From positions 1-37,595 of the forward strand of contig JBDTOK010000002.1 in assembly GCA_039933275.1 (NCBI GenBank): a DNA stretch of 37,595 bases. Reading direction: 5' to 3'. Positions 1 through 8,476 of this stretch are shown in pieces (the stretch's first letter is position 1; every line of letters begins with the position of its first letter). A model generated the notes under the pieces. It did not search any database, was not told the DNA's origin, and saw only the letters and a program-made list of their open reading frames with translations. Origin of the DNA: Chloroflexota bacterium (lineage in GTDB: Bacteria; Chloroflexota; Dehalococcoidia; SM23-28-2; RBG-16-64-32). A program made the position numbers and the translations under genes.

Positions 1-138
1 CCCGCCCCCCGGCATCTCGTCGATCTCCTCCCGGATCTTGTCCCAGGTCAGATCGCGGCGAGCCTCGTCATAGTTCCAGAGGTTGGGTTTAACCTCAAAG
101 TCGTCGTATGCCGGCTTCTCGATCGGCGTGTAATCCAT
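1..138 (-). CDS. acsA: Acetate--CoA ligase (acetyl-CoA synthetase), N-terminal fragment running off the window
   Basis: Manual translation from ATG at 138: MDYTPIEKPAYDDFEVKPNLWNYDEARRDLTWDKIREEIDEMPGGG, matching the PNL-x-Y...W...PGGG N-terminus of AcsA-type ligases. GGAGG RBS upstream. Not in the ORF track. Confidence 0.65.
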   Translation of the reverse strand, partial: MDYTPIEKPAYDDFEVKPNLWNYDEARRDLTWDKIREEIDEMPGGG

Positions 139-274
139 GCGGGACCCTCCTACTCGGCCTGAATCATATCCAGCCGAAGCCCCGCTTGGGTACTGGAATT
201 CACCCGCAAATCGCGTTTGCCGCCCGCGAGGCGCAAATCTATCATGAACTTAAGGCGCGTAAGGTTAGTGCAGC

Positions 275-1078
275 ATGTTTGAAATTGGTGGCGTCAGCAT
301 ATTCGTCGCGTTTGCGGCGGGGCTGCTCTCCGTTGCCTCCCCCTGCGTCCTCCCGCTCGTTCCCGCCTACCTCGGCTACCTGACCGGCGCCACGCTTGAG
401 GGGGTTCCCCTCGACGCCAGCGTCATGCACTCCGCCGCTGCGACCACTGGCGGCGGCACGATCACCGTCGCCGCACAGGCGCGAGTCCGCACTTCCGCCC
501 CATCTCCGTTCTTGCACGCGATCGCTTTCTGCGCTGGCTTCACCGCCGTCTTCGTCGCCTTCGGAATCTCGATTGGCCTCGTCGGCTACGTGCTCAAGGA
601 CCACCAGGACTTCATCCTCAAAGTCTCCGGTGCGCTCCTCATCGTCATGGGTCTGCACCTCTCCGGCGTCATCACCATCCCCTTCATGGAGCAAGAGCGC
701 CGCGTCGATGTCGGTAACGGCTCACGAGTTGGCTACGCGCGATCGTTCTTCGTTGGCTCAGCGTTCTCCGCCGGCTGGAGCCCGTGCATCGGCCCCACGC
801 TCGCCTCGATCTTCGCGCTCTCCGTTTCGAGCCACACTGTGCTCCAGGGCGGACTGCTGTTGCTCGCGTACTCCGCCGGCCTCTCGATCCCGTTTCTCGG
901 GCTTGGCCTTGCGTACAAAGCGGTCGAGCCGATCTACGTGAAGATCAAGAAGTACTCCGGTGCAATGAACTACCTGGCCGGCGCGCTGCTCATCATCATC
1001 GGCATCCTCATCTTCACGAACAGCGTCTCGCACCTGAACAGCACCTTCGATTTCGGCCTGCCCGGATCGAACGTCTAG
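275..1078 (+). CDS. ccdA: Cytochrome c biogenesis protein CcdA (DsbD transmembrane domain)
   Basis: SPCVLPLVP and WSPCIGP Cys motifs; about 6 hydrophobic helices; adjacent thioredoxin-like gene. Confidence 0.93.
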   Translation: MFEIGGVSIFVAFAAGLLSVASPCVLPLVPAYLGYLTGATLEGVPLDASVMHSAAATTGGGTITVAAQARVRTSAPSPFLHAIAFCAGFTAVFVAFGISIGLVGYVLKDHQDFILKVSGALLIVMGLHLSGVITIPFMEQERRVDVGNGSRVGYARSFFVGSAFSAGWSPCIGPTLASIFALSVSSHTVLQGGLLLLAYSAGLSIPFLGLGLAYKAVEPIYVKIKKYSGAMNYLAGALLIIIGILIFTNSVSHLNSTFDFGLPGSNV

Positions 1079-1080
1079 CA

Positions 1081-1722
1081 ATGTCCGACTTCGCGCCCCG
1101 ATCCCTACGTCAGCGTTTCATCGCGCTCATCGGCGTCGCTGCCATCGTCGGCGTCGTCATCGCCGCGCTCTGGGCTGCCGGCGTCTTCGACTCCACCGCC
1201 GGCGAAGCCGCCACGCTCGTCGACACGCCGAAAGTGGACGGCGTCGCAGACGTTGGCCCGCAAACCGGCAAGATCGCCCCCGACTTCGAGATCACGGACA
1301 TCGACGGCGTCCGCCACCGGCTGAGCGACTATCGTGGGCAGGCCGTCTTCATCAACTTCTGGGCGACGTGGTGCGTCCCCTGCCGGGCCGAGCTCCCCGA
1401 GATTTACGCGCTCCAGCAGGAATATGGCGACCGACTTGCGACGATCGAAGTGGACCGCGGCGAGTCAGTCGACACAGCGAAGAACTTCCTGTCGGGAGTC
1501 GAGCGCTTGGACGACAAAAAGGGCGTCAGCTACACAGTCGATGGCCTCGATCCGAGCGAGGTCGTCTACAACCGCTACGAGACGCTGCCGATCCAGGTGA
1601 CGCCGATCAGCATCTTCGTCGACAAGCGCGGCGTCGTCACCAAGCTCTACAACGGCCAGCTCAAAAGCGACGACATGCGCGCCGCCATCGAGCAGGCGCT
1701 GGCCAGCGGCAACTCCGGTTAA
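1081..1722 (+). CDS. TlpA/ResA-family thiol-disulfide oxidoreductase, membrane anchored
   Basis: N-terminal TM helix, APDF and NFWATWCVPC motifs. ATG at 1081 follows the ccdA stop, so I prefer it to the ORF-track start at 784. Confidence 0.9.
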   Translation: MSDFAPRSLRQRFIALIGVAAIVGVVIAALWAAGVFDSTAGEAATLVDTPKVDGVADVGPQTGKIAPDFEITDIDGVRHRLSDYRGQAVFINFWATWCVPCRAELPEIYALQQEYGDRLATIEVDRGESVDTAKNFLSGVERLDDKKGVSYTVDGLDPSEVVYNRYETLPIQVTPISIFVDKRGVVTKLYNGQLKSDDMRAAIEQALASGNSG

Positions 1723-2291
1723 CCCCGAGCCGCTTCCAACGCAAGCAGCGACATCTTCCCCGCCACCTCCAACGCCTCCGTGCTGCGAGTCGCCCGCGCC
1801 AGCACAAACGCCCCCTCTAGCGCCGCGATCATCCCGATCGCCAAGTCCCGTGCCTTCGTCTCGCTGATGCCGGCCGTCACAAAGCGCAACGTGGCCGCCA
1901 CGATCCAACCGTCGAACACCTCCACCGTCGCTTTGCGTAGCGGCTCGCTCGTGCTCGCCACCTCCAGCGCGACGGTCGCGATCGGGCAGGCGTCGGCGTA
2001 GTCCGTCTCGCGTAGTACCGCCGCCGCGCCGCTGAAGACGTTGGCCAGCCCTTCCTCCAGCGTCGCTCCGGACGCAAAGATCGCCATCACCAGGTCTTCG
2101 TACATCTTCCCGGAGCGCCGGATCACCTCGCCGCCAAGCTCTTCCTTGCCACCGGGGAAGTGGTGGTACAGCGACCCGAACGGCGCGTTCGCCCTCTGCA
2201 CAACCTGCTTCAGGCCGGTGCCCGTGTACCCGTACCGCCGGAACATCGCCGCCGTCGTGTCAAGGATCCGGTCTTTTGTGCTCGTTTCCAT
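1719..2291 (-). CDS. TetR/AcrR transcriptional regulator (LmrA/YxaF-like)
   Basis: TKDRILD...GYTGTGLKQV...GSLYHHFPGGKEEL HTH; CPIATVALE motif; GGAGG upstream of ATG at 2291. Confidence 0.92.
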   Translation of the reverse strand: METSTKDRILDTTAAMFRRYGYTGTGLKQVVQRANAPFGSLYHHFPGGKEELGGEVIRRSGKMYEDLVMAIFASGATLEEGLANVFSGAAAVLRETDYADACPIATVALEVASTSEPLRKATVEVFDGWIVAATLRFVTAGISETKARDLAIGMIAALEGAFVLARATRSTEALEVAGKMSLLALEAARG

Positions 2292-2329
2292 GCGTCCTCC
2301 AGCGTCTATCGCGCCCATCCATTGTCTAG

Positions 2330-2398
2330 ATAGAACGCTCTATTGACAAGCGCAGGGCGGCACTGCCAGAATCGGCATCGAGTAGAGCGATCACTCTA
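2330..2398 (+). promoter_or_regulatory. Promoter with two probable TetR operators
   Basis: Near-palindromes ATAGAACGCTCTAT (2330-2343) and TAGAGCGATCACTCTA (2383-2398) flank TTGACA (2343-2348) and TGc-CAGAAT (2367-2372). Confidence 0.7.
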
Positions 2399-2409
2399 GA
2401 GGAGGCGTC

Positions 2410-2868
2410 ATGACCTGCCGAAACACCGTTTTTGCCAAACAAACCCTCCGCTGGTCGCTCCTTCGCTGGGCCGCCGTCCTCTACGGTCTCGGCACTCTCC
2501 TCCACACCCTCGATCACTTCCGCCGCGGCACAGACGCCGTCACCTCGCAGGTCCTGTGGGCTGGCAGCCTCTCCACGCCCGTCGTCATCGTCGTGATCTT
2601 CCTCGCCGTCGTCGGCTTCCGGTACGCGCCCATCCTCGCCGTCGCCGTCGGGTTGCCGCACGCCGTCGGTATCACAGCCGTCCACCTCGCGCCGCACTGG
2701 GGCGTCCTCAGCGATTCGCTCACCAGCAATGGGGCCTCCGGCATCACCTACGCCGCCGTCCTCGTTGAAATCATCGGCGCGCTGGCTTTCGCCGCTGCCG
2801 GCGCCTACATCCTCCTCGCTGAACGCAAGATCGCGAATCCCCACCCAACGCTTTTGCACGGCAACTGA
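2410..2868 (+). CDS. Hypothetical integral membrane protein (about 4 TM), probable TetR target
   Basis: GGAGG RBS, four hydrophobic segments, divergent from tetR. Confidence 0.75.
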   Translation: MTCRNTVFAKQTLRWSLLRWAAVLYGLGTLLHTLDHFRRGTDAVTSQVLWAGSLSTPVVIVVIFLAVVGFRYAPILAVAVGLPHAVGITAVHLAPHWGVLSDSLTSNGASGITYAAVLVEIIGALAFAAAGAYILLAERKIANPHPTLLHGN

Positions 2869-2878
2869 TCCCGCTCGC

Positions 2879-2909
2879 TCCATCCCCCATTTCCCATTTC
2901 CGATTTCCC
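2879..2909. repeat. Heptamer tandem micro-repeat (CCCATTT-like, 3-4 copies)
   Basis: tccatcc cccattt cccattt ccgattt ccc in an intergenic spacer. Confidence 0.6.
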
Positions 2910-2957
2910 GAACGTCATCCCTTATACTGACCTCACACACCACTCAGGAGGACCCAC

Positions 2958-4190
2958 ATGAGGGACGTAGCAATCGTCGGCGCCGGGATGACCAACTTCG
3001 GCAAGTTCCTGGACCGCAGCATGAAAGACCTGGCCGCCGAAGCCGTCAACGGCGCGCTGGACTCCGCTGGCATCGACAAGTCCAAGCTCCAGGTCGCCGT
3101 CGTCGGCAACGCCACCGCCGGCCTCATCACCGGCCAGGAAATGATCCGAGGCCAGGTCGCTCTGCGAGATATGGGCATCGGCGGCATTCCCATCATCAAC
3201 ACCGAAAACGCCTGCGCCAGCTCCTCCACCGCCTTCCACGTCGCCTGGATGTACGTCGCCTCCGGCATGTACGACATCGCCCTCGCCGTGGGCATGGAAA
3301 AGCTCTACCACGAGGACAAGACTCGTTCCTTTAAGGCGATCGGCTCGGCCGTCGACGTCGAGTGGGTGCAGCAGATGGCTGCGCAGGCAAAGGCCGCGCA
3401 AGAGAAGAGCCGCGCCGACAACCCCGACGTCGCGGAAGGCGCCGGCGAGAAGCGCTCGATGTTTATGGACTTCTACGCAGCCTTCGCCCGTTCCCACATG
3501 GCCAAGTACGGCACGACGAAAGAACAGTTCGCGCGGGTCGCCGTCAAGAACCACTACAACGGCTCGCTCAACCCGCACGCCCAGTACCGCGAGGTCTACT
3601 CCCTCGAAGACGTTCTCGCCTCGCCGCCAGTCGCTGAGCCACTGACGCGACTCATGTGCTCGCCCATCGGCGACGGCGCTGCGGCCACGGTCATCATGTC
3701 GGCGGAGATGGCGAAGCAGTTCACCACGAAGCCCGTCTTCATCCGCGCGAGCGTTCTCGGCTCCGGCTTCGACCGCGCGCCCGGAGAGCCCGACGTTACG
3801 CAGACCGTCGCCAAGAAGGCGTATGAGATGGCTGGCGTCGGCCCGCAAGACCTGAACGTCGTCGAATGCCACGACGCCTCGGCACCGGCTGAGCTCGTGC
3901 TCTACGAAGAGCTCGGCCTCTGCGCACCGGGCGAAGGTGGCAAGCTTATCGACTCTAAGGCCACCTACATCGACGGCCCGATTCCCGTGAACCCCAGCGG
4001 CGGGCTCATCTCCAAAGGTCACCCGATCGGTGCCACCGGCGTCGCCCAGATCTACGAGATCTTCACGCAGCTCCGCGGCGAGGCCGGCGACCGGCAGGTA
4101 AAGAACCCGAAGGTCGGCATGACCGAAAATGGCGGCGGCATGGTCAAAGGCGACCCGGCCGCGTTGGCCGTCCACATCCTGACGGTGTAG
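2958..4190 (+). CDS. Thiolase family protein (SCP2/lipid-transfer type)
   Basis: ENACASS, ECHDA and SKGHPIGATG motifs; AGGAG RBS. Confidence 0.92.
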   Translation: MRDVAIVGAGMTNFGKFLDRSMKDLAAEAVNGALDSAGIDKSKLQVAVVGNATAGLITGQEMIRGQVALRDMGIGGIPIINTENACASSSTAFHVAWMYVASGMYDIALAVGMEKLYHEDKTRSFKAIGSAVDVEWVQQMAAQAKAAQEKSRADNPDVAEGAGEKRSMFMDFYAAFARSHMAKYGTTKEQFARVAVKNHYNGSLNPHAQYREVYSLEDVLASPPVAEPLTRLMCSPIGDGAAATVIMSAEMAKQFTTKPVFIRASVLGSGFDRAPGEPDVTQTVAKKAYEMAGVGPQDLNVVECHDASAPAELVLYEELGLCAPGEGGKLIDSKATYIDGPIPVNPSGGLISKGHPIGATGVAQIYEIFTQLRGEAGDRQVKNPKVGMTENGGGMVKGDPAALAVHILTV

Positions 4191-4210
4191 CTAATCACTC
4201 CGGTAATAAA

Positions 4211-4243
4211 GCGGGCCCCCCACGAGGGGGTCTGTTCTTTTTG
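4211..4243 (+). terminator. Rho-independent terminator
   Basis: gcgggccccc-cacga-gggggtctgt stem followed by tcttttt. Confidence 0.7.
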
Positions 4244-4268
4244 CAACCGTGGGCGCTAACATCTGGCC

Positions 4269-5024
4269 ATGACTGACTACGAGACCGTCATCGTCGACCG
4301 GCGCGATAGTGTCGCCATCGTGCGGCTGAACCGAGTAGAGAAGCACAACGCCATCAGCCGCCAGATGTCCGCCGACCTCATCGCCGTCATCGATGAACTC
4401 GAAGGCGACGATGATGTTCGCGTGCTCATCCTGACTGGCGCCGGCGACAAGGCGTTCTGCGCCGGCGCTGACATGGCCCAGGCCGCACTCGAAGAAGGGC
4501 CTGCCGACTGGTCGCGCGATTGGGCCGCGCAGGCCGCCGTCCGTCTCGCTCGGGTGAAGAAGCCGCTGATCGGGCAGATCAACGGCTACGCCTACGGTGG
4601 CGGCGCAGTCTTCGCGCTGCAGTGCGACGTCCGAATCTGCTCCGACGACGCGAAGTTCCGTTTCGTTGGTGCCGTGTACGGACTCGTCGTCGGAGCGAGC
4701 CGGCTGCCTAGCCTGGTGGGTCCGGCGATCGCCAAAGAGTTGATCTTCACTGCGAGAACTGTCGACGCGGACGAGGCGCTTCGCATCGGGCTCGCCAACC
4801 ATGTCGTCCCTAAGGCTGACCTCGAGCCCACAGTCCTCAAGATGGCGCAGGACATCGCTGCGCACTCTCTGCCCGCGCTTATCGCATCGAAGGAAGTGAT
4901 CGACATCGCCTCTGGCTTCCGCGACGCCGCCAAGCGCGAGAACGAGCACAACACCGAGCTCCGCCAGTCCGACGAGCACAAACGCCGCTTCCGCGCCGCC
5001 GCCGAGCGCGTCGTCCGCGACTAG
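4269..5024 (+). CDS. Enoyl-CoA hydratase/isomerase (crotonase-fold) protein
   Basis: LNR...NA, AFCAGAD, NGYAYGGG, CDVRI motifs. The canonical catalytic Glu residues appear absent (see findings). Confidence 0.9.
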   Translation: MTDYETVIVDRRDSVAIVRLNRVEKHNAISRQMSADLIAVIDELEGDDDVRVLILTGAGDKAFCAGADMAQAALEEGPADWSRDWAAQAAVRLARVKKPLIGQINGYAYGGGAVFALQCDVRICSDDAKFRFVGAVYGLVVGASRLPSLVGPAIAKELIFTARTVDADEALRIGLANHVVPKADLEPTVLKMAQDIAAHSLPALIASKEVIDIASGFRDAAKRENEHNTELRQSDEHKRRFRAAAERVVRD

Positions 5025-5389
5025 TGCGACTCACCTACCACGGCACGTCTGCCGCCCACTACGACTCCCTCGATCCGGGCGAACCGTACCTCCCTGCTGA
5101 CTTCGTGCGCGACGGCTTCATTCACTGCACGGACGGCGACCGCCGTCTCGCTGACACGCTGACGAACTACTACGCGGAATCGGAGGGAGAGTGGCTGGTG
5201 CTCTACCTCGACCTCGATCTTGTCACCGTCGAGGTGAAGTACGAAGACCCGGAGCGCGTCTTCCCGCACATCTACGGTCCGCTGAACCGCGACGCCATCC
5301 TCTCGATCAAGACGATCCCGCGCATGACGGACGGGCGCTTTTTGATTCCGCCGCCGCTCAGGTGGCCGCCGTTTCCCAGCGACGAATGA
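5024..5389 (+). CDS. DUF952 family protein
   Basis: DGFIHCT and FPHIYGPLN signatures. Confidence 0.9.
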   Translation: MRLTYHGTSAAHYDSLDPGEPYLPADFVRDGFIHCTDGDRRLADTLTNYYAESEGEWLVLYLDLDLVTVEVKYEDPERVFPHIYGPLNRDAILSIKTIPRMTDGRFLIPPPLRWPPFPSDE

Positions 5390-5422
5390 GGTATGCTTGC
5401 GGCGCCCACGAAGGAGGTCGCC

Positions 5423-6358
5423 ATGAGCCGGAACGGATCGAGCACTAACGGAACGAAGAAGTCGCGCGGCGCGATTGTTGTCACCGGCACGTCGACCGGC
5501 ATCGGTCGCGCTACTGCTGACCGTCTGGCCGCCGCTGGCTTCCACGTCTTCGCCGGCGTGCGCAAGCTCGAAGATGCGAAGCCCGGCGCCAACATCACGC
5601 CTATCGTGCTTGACGTCACCGATCAGTCGACGATTGATGCTGCCGCCGCGACGGTCACCAAGCAACTTGGCGATTCACCGTTGCGCGGCCTCGTCAACAA
5701 CGCGGGCATCAGCGTCGCCGGCCCGATCGAGTTCGTGCCGCTCGACGACTTCCGCAGGCAGCTCGAGGTAAACGTGATCGGGCAGGTCGCGGTCACGCAG
5801 GCGTTCCTTCCGCTCCTCCGCAAGAGCCGCGGCCGTATCGTCAACGTTGGTTCCATCGGCGGCAAGATGGCCTCGCCGTTCCTCGGTCCGTACGCTGCCT
5901 CCAAGTTCGCTCTCGAAGCTATTACCGACGCCCTGCGCGGTGAGCTTCGTCCGTGGCATATCGCCGTATCCATTGTTGAACCCGGCGCGATCGCGACGCC
6001 CCTCTGGGAGCGCAGTCGCGTCTCTGCCACAAGCATGCTCGCCAACGCGCCGGTCGAAGCCACCGAGCTCTACGGCGAGGCGATCGACGCGATGCTCGCA
6101 GCCGTGGACGTCATCGAGAACCGCGCTATCCCAGCCGACGCCGTCGCCAAAGCGATCGAGCACGCACTTACAGCGAAACGACCAAAGACGCGCTACCTCG
6201 TTGGCATCGCCGCGCGCGCCCAGTCGATCCTCGCGGGAGTAGTTCCGGACCAGGCGATGGATGGCCTGATCGCGTGGCAGCTCAAGCTCCCGAAGAAGGG
6301 CTCGAAGGCGGTGAAGAAGTCAGCGCCGGAATGTCAGCCCGAGGACTCGCGCGCCTAG
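5423..6358 (+). CDS. Short-chain dehydrogenase/reductase (17-beta-HSD/RDH-like)
   Basis: TGTSTGIG, LVNNAG, YAASK motifs; AAGGAGG RBS before ATG at 5423. Confidence 0.92.
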   Translation: MSRNGSSTNGTKKSRGAIVVTGTSTGIGRATADRLAAAGFHVFAGVRKLEDAKPGANITPIVLDVTDQSTIDAAAATVTKQLGDSPLRGLVNNAGISVAGPIEFVPLDDFRRQLEVNVIGQVAVTQAFLPLLRKSRGRIVNVGSIGGKMASPFLGPYAASKFALEAITDALRGELRPWHIAVSIVEPGAIATPLWERSRVSATSMLANAPVEATELYGEAIDAMLAAVDVIENRAIPADAVAKAIEHALTAKRPKTRYLVGIAARAQSILAGVVPDQAMDGLIAWQLKLPKKGSKAVKKSAPECQPEDSRA

Positions 6359-7492
6359 CGCCCTACCGACGCGCTGCGCCGCCGGATCGTCGTTCGCGGC
6401 CAGCGCCTCCAGCGCCTGGATCGCGCCGGTCGTGTTGAGGTTAGCCGCCATCGCATCCGTAAACGGCCCGCGGTAGCGCTCGATCTCTTCGTCCGTCGCT
6501 TCGCCCGCATCGCCGAACGACTTCGTCAGCTTGTTGGCGAGTTCCTCCGTCGGCACGGGCGCGCCCTGTGGGTGGTCCCACGCCCGTGCGTAGGGGTGCG
6601 ACAGCAGGTGCAGCCGCAGCGCATCCGCAGAGTACTGCTTGAGCAACTCGCCGACGAACACCATGTTCCCCAGCGACTTGCTCATCTTGTGCTCTCCGCA
6701 ATACACCATTCCCGTGTGCATCCAGTGCTTCACGAAGCGCTCGCCGCTGTAGCTCTCGCTCTGCGCGGCCTCCGCGTCGTGGTGTGGGAAGACCAGGTCC
6801 TCGCCGCCGCCGTGCACCGTGATCGGCATCTTCAAGTACTTCGCGCTCATCGCCGAGCACTCGATATGCCAGCCCGGCCGCCCGGGACCCCACGGCGACT
6901 CCCAGCTCGGCTCGCCAGGCTTCTGTCCCTGCCACAGCACAAAGTCCAGCGGGTCGCGCTTGTTGGCGTCGCCCGGGAAGTTGCCGCGCTCGTTCGCGAT
7001 CTCCAGCAGCGCCTCGTACGGCTCTTTGAACAGACGCGGGAAGTTCTTGTCTTTCTTCACCTCGAAGTAGACGTTCGGGCCGCTCGCGTACGCCAACCCC
7101 TTCTCCACCAGCCCGCCGATGATCGCCTGCATCTCCGGGATGTGCTGCGTCGCCCGCGGCGCTACGTCCGGGTCGAGGTTGCCCAGCGCCGACATCTGCT
7201 CCCGGAAGCTGGCGTACTCGCGGTTGCCCAGCGCCTGCCAGTCCTCCCCCAGCTTGTTCGCCCGCAGCAGCACGTCGTCGTCGATGTCGGTCACGTTCTG
7301 CACGTACGTCACCCGGCGCCCGCAGAAGCGCAGGAACCGCACCAGCACGTCGAACATGATGTAGGTAAACGCGTGCCCCAGGTGCGAGGTGTCGTATGGC
7401 GTCACGCCGCATACGTACAGCCCCACCTCGGCGTCATCGATCTGCTCGATACGCTTCGATTCTGTGTTGTACAGGCGAATTAGCGGAGCCAC
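6320..7492 (-). CDS. mshC: Cysteine--tRNA ligase family protein lacking the anticodon-binding domain (MshC-like cysteine ligase)
   Basis: YVCGVTPYD, HLGH, GRPGWHIEC, FPHH and KMSKS motifs; only 390 aa; TPYD and ERG-x-x-xD features are MshC-like. Confidence 0.65.
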   Translation of the reverse strand: MAPLIRLYNTESKRIEQIDDAEVGLYVCGVTPYDTSHLGHAFTYIMFDVLVRFLRFCGRRVTYVQNVTDIDDDVLLRANKLGEDWQALGNREYASFREQMSALGNLDPDVAPRATQHIPEMQAIIGGLVEKGLAYASGPNVYFEVKKDKNFPRLFKEPYEALLEIANERGNFPGDANKRDPLDFVLWQGQKPGEPSWESPWGPGRPGWHIECSAMSAKYLKMPITVHGGGEDLVFPHHDAEAAQSESYSGERFVKHWMHTGMVYCGEHKMSKSLGNMVFVGELLKQYSADALRLHLLSHPYARAWDHPQGAPVPTEELANKLTKSFGDAGEATDEEIERYRGPFTDAMAANLNTTGAIQALEALAANDDPAAQRVGRALGARVLGLTFRR

Positions 7493-7566
7493 GAGCCGTA
7501 TCGTAGCTGTTGCGGCGGCCTGTGCGGAAGGCTTACGCTCCCATTCGCAACCTGAGGAGGTTCCGT

Positions 7567-7989
7567 ATGAGCGACGTTTGTGGCGTCAAAGTGGGCGATC
7601 GCGCCGAATACACCCGCACCGTGACGATGGACGATATCCAGAAGTTCGCCGACGTCACCGGCGACGCCAACCCTCTGCACAGTGACGCCGAGTACGCCAA
7701 AAAGACCCGCTTCAAGGAGCCGATCGCTCACGGCATGCTCAGCGCCGGCTACATCTCCGCCGTGCTCGGTACGAAGCTCTGCCCGGACGCTGTCACCATC
7801 TACCTCAGCCAGACGCTCCGCTTCATGCGCCCGGTCAAAGTCGGCGACACGATCCGCGCCATCGCCGAAGTTGAGGGCCTCGAGGCGGAGAAGCGCACGC
7901 TTACGCTGAAGACGGAATGCTTCAACCAAGACGGCGACGCGGTCGTCAAAGGCGAGGCCGTCGTCATGCTGGACCCGATCCGCGACTGA
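7567..7989 (+). CDS. MaoC-family (R)-specific enoyl-CoA hydratase (PhaJ/CroR-like)
   Basis: Hydratase-2 motif FADVTGDANPLH, IAHGML, FMRPVKVGD; GAGGAGG RBS before ATG at 7567. Confidence 0.9.
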   Translation: MSDVCGVKVGDRAEYTRTVTMDDIQKFADVTGDANPLHSDAEYAKKTRFKEPIAHGMLSAGYISAVLGTKLCPDAVTIYLSQTLRFMRPVKVGDTIRAIAEVEGLEAEKRTLTLKTECFNQDGDAVVKGEAVVMLDPIRD

Positions 7990-7993
7990 CGCG

Positions 7994-8476
7994 ATGCCGC
8001 AGTACCGAAATCCCGGCAAGCTTACTTTCACCGGCGTCATCAACGGCGCCGAGGATAACGGTGGCGCTTTCATCGAGTTTCCGCATGATGTGCAAGAGAT
8101 GTTCGGCGTGAAGGGACGCGTACCAGTCAAAGTCATCTTCGATGGCCATCGCTATCGCGGCAGCATGGTGAGGATGGGCAGCGAGCGGCACCTCATCTTG
8201 ATGCTGAAGGAGATCCGCGAGAAGCTCGGCAAAGGCCCGGGCGATTCCGTCGCCGTCACCGTCGAGCTCGATGTCGAGGAGCGCAAGATCATCCTGCCGC
8301 CCGACGCCCGAGAAGCTCTCCGCGATGCCGGCGTTCTACAGGCGTTCGACAAGCTCGCCTTCTCATACCAACGCGAGCACGTCATGTCCATCGAGGACGC
8401 CAAGCGTCCCGAGACCCGCCAGTCACGCATCGAGAAGATGGTCACCGTTCTCCGCGAGAAAGCGACCGCCAGGTGA
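7994..8476 (+). CDS. DUF1905 plus YdeI/OmpD-associated domain protein
   Basis: GRVPVK...YRGS...IREKLGKGPGD (DUF1905) and AKRPETR...RIEK (OmdA/YdeI). Confidence 0.88.
   Translation: MPQYRNPGKLTFTGVINGAEDNGGAFIEFPHDVQEMFGVKGRVPVKVIFDGHRYRGSMVRMGSERHLILMLKEIREKLGKGPGDSVAVTVELDVEERKIILPPDAREALRDAGVLQAFDKLAFSYQREHVMSIEDAKRPETRQSRIEKMVTVLREKATAR

Noticed and set aside
784-1080. Long N-terminal extensions in the ORF track (TlpA from 784; also 9348, 17944, 19419, 30871)
   Set aside because: They overlap upstream genes and read as Arg/Pro-rich off-frame sequence; better starts exist at gene junctions.
6320-6358. 39-bp convergent overlap between the SDR and the MshC-like gene
   Set aside because: Only a low-complexity SDR tail is involved; common in compact high-GC genomes.
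6320-7492. Annotation as the housekeeping cysS
   Set aside because: Too short and lacks a full anticodon-binding domain; motifs fit MshC better.
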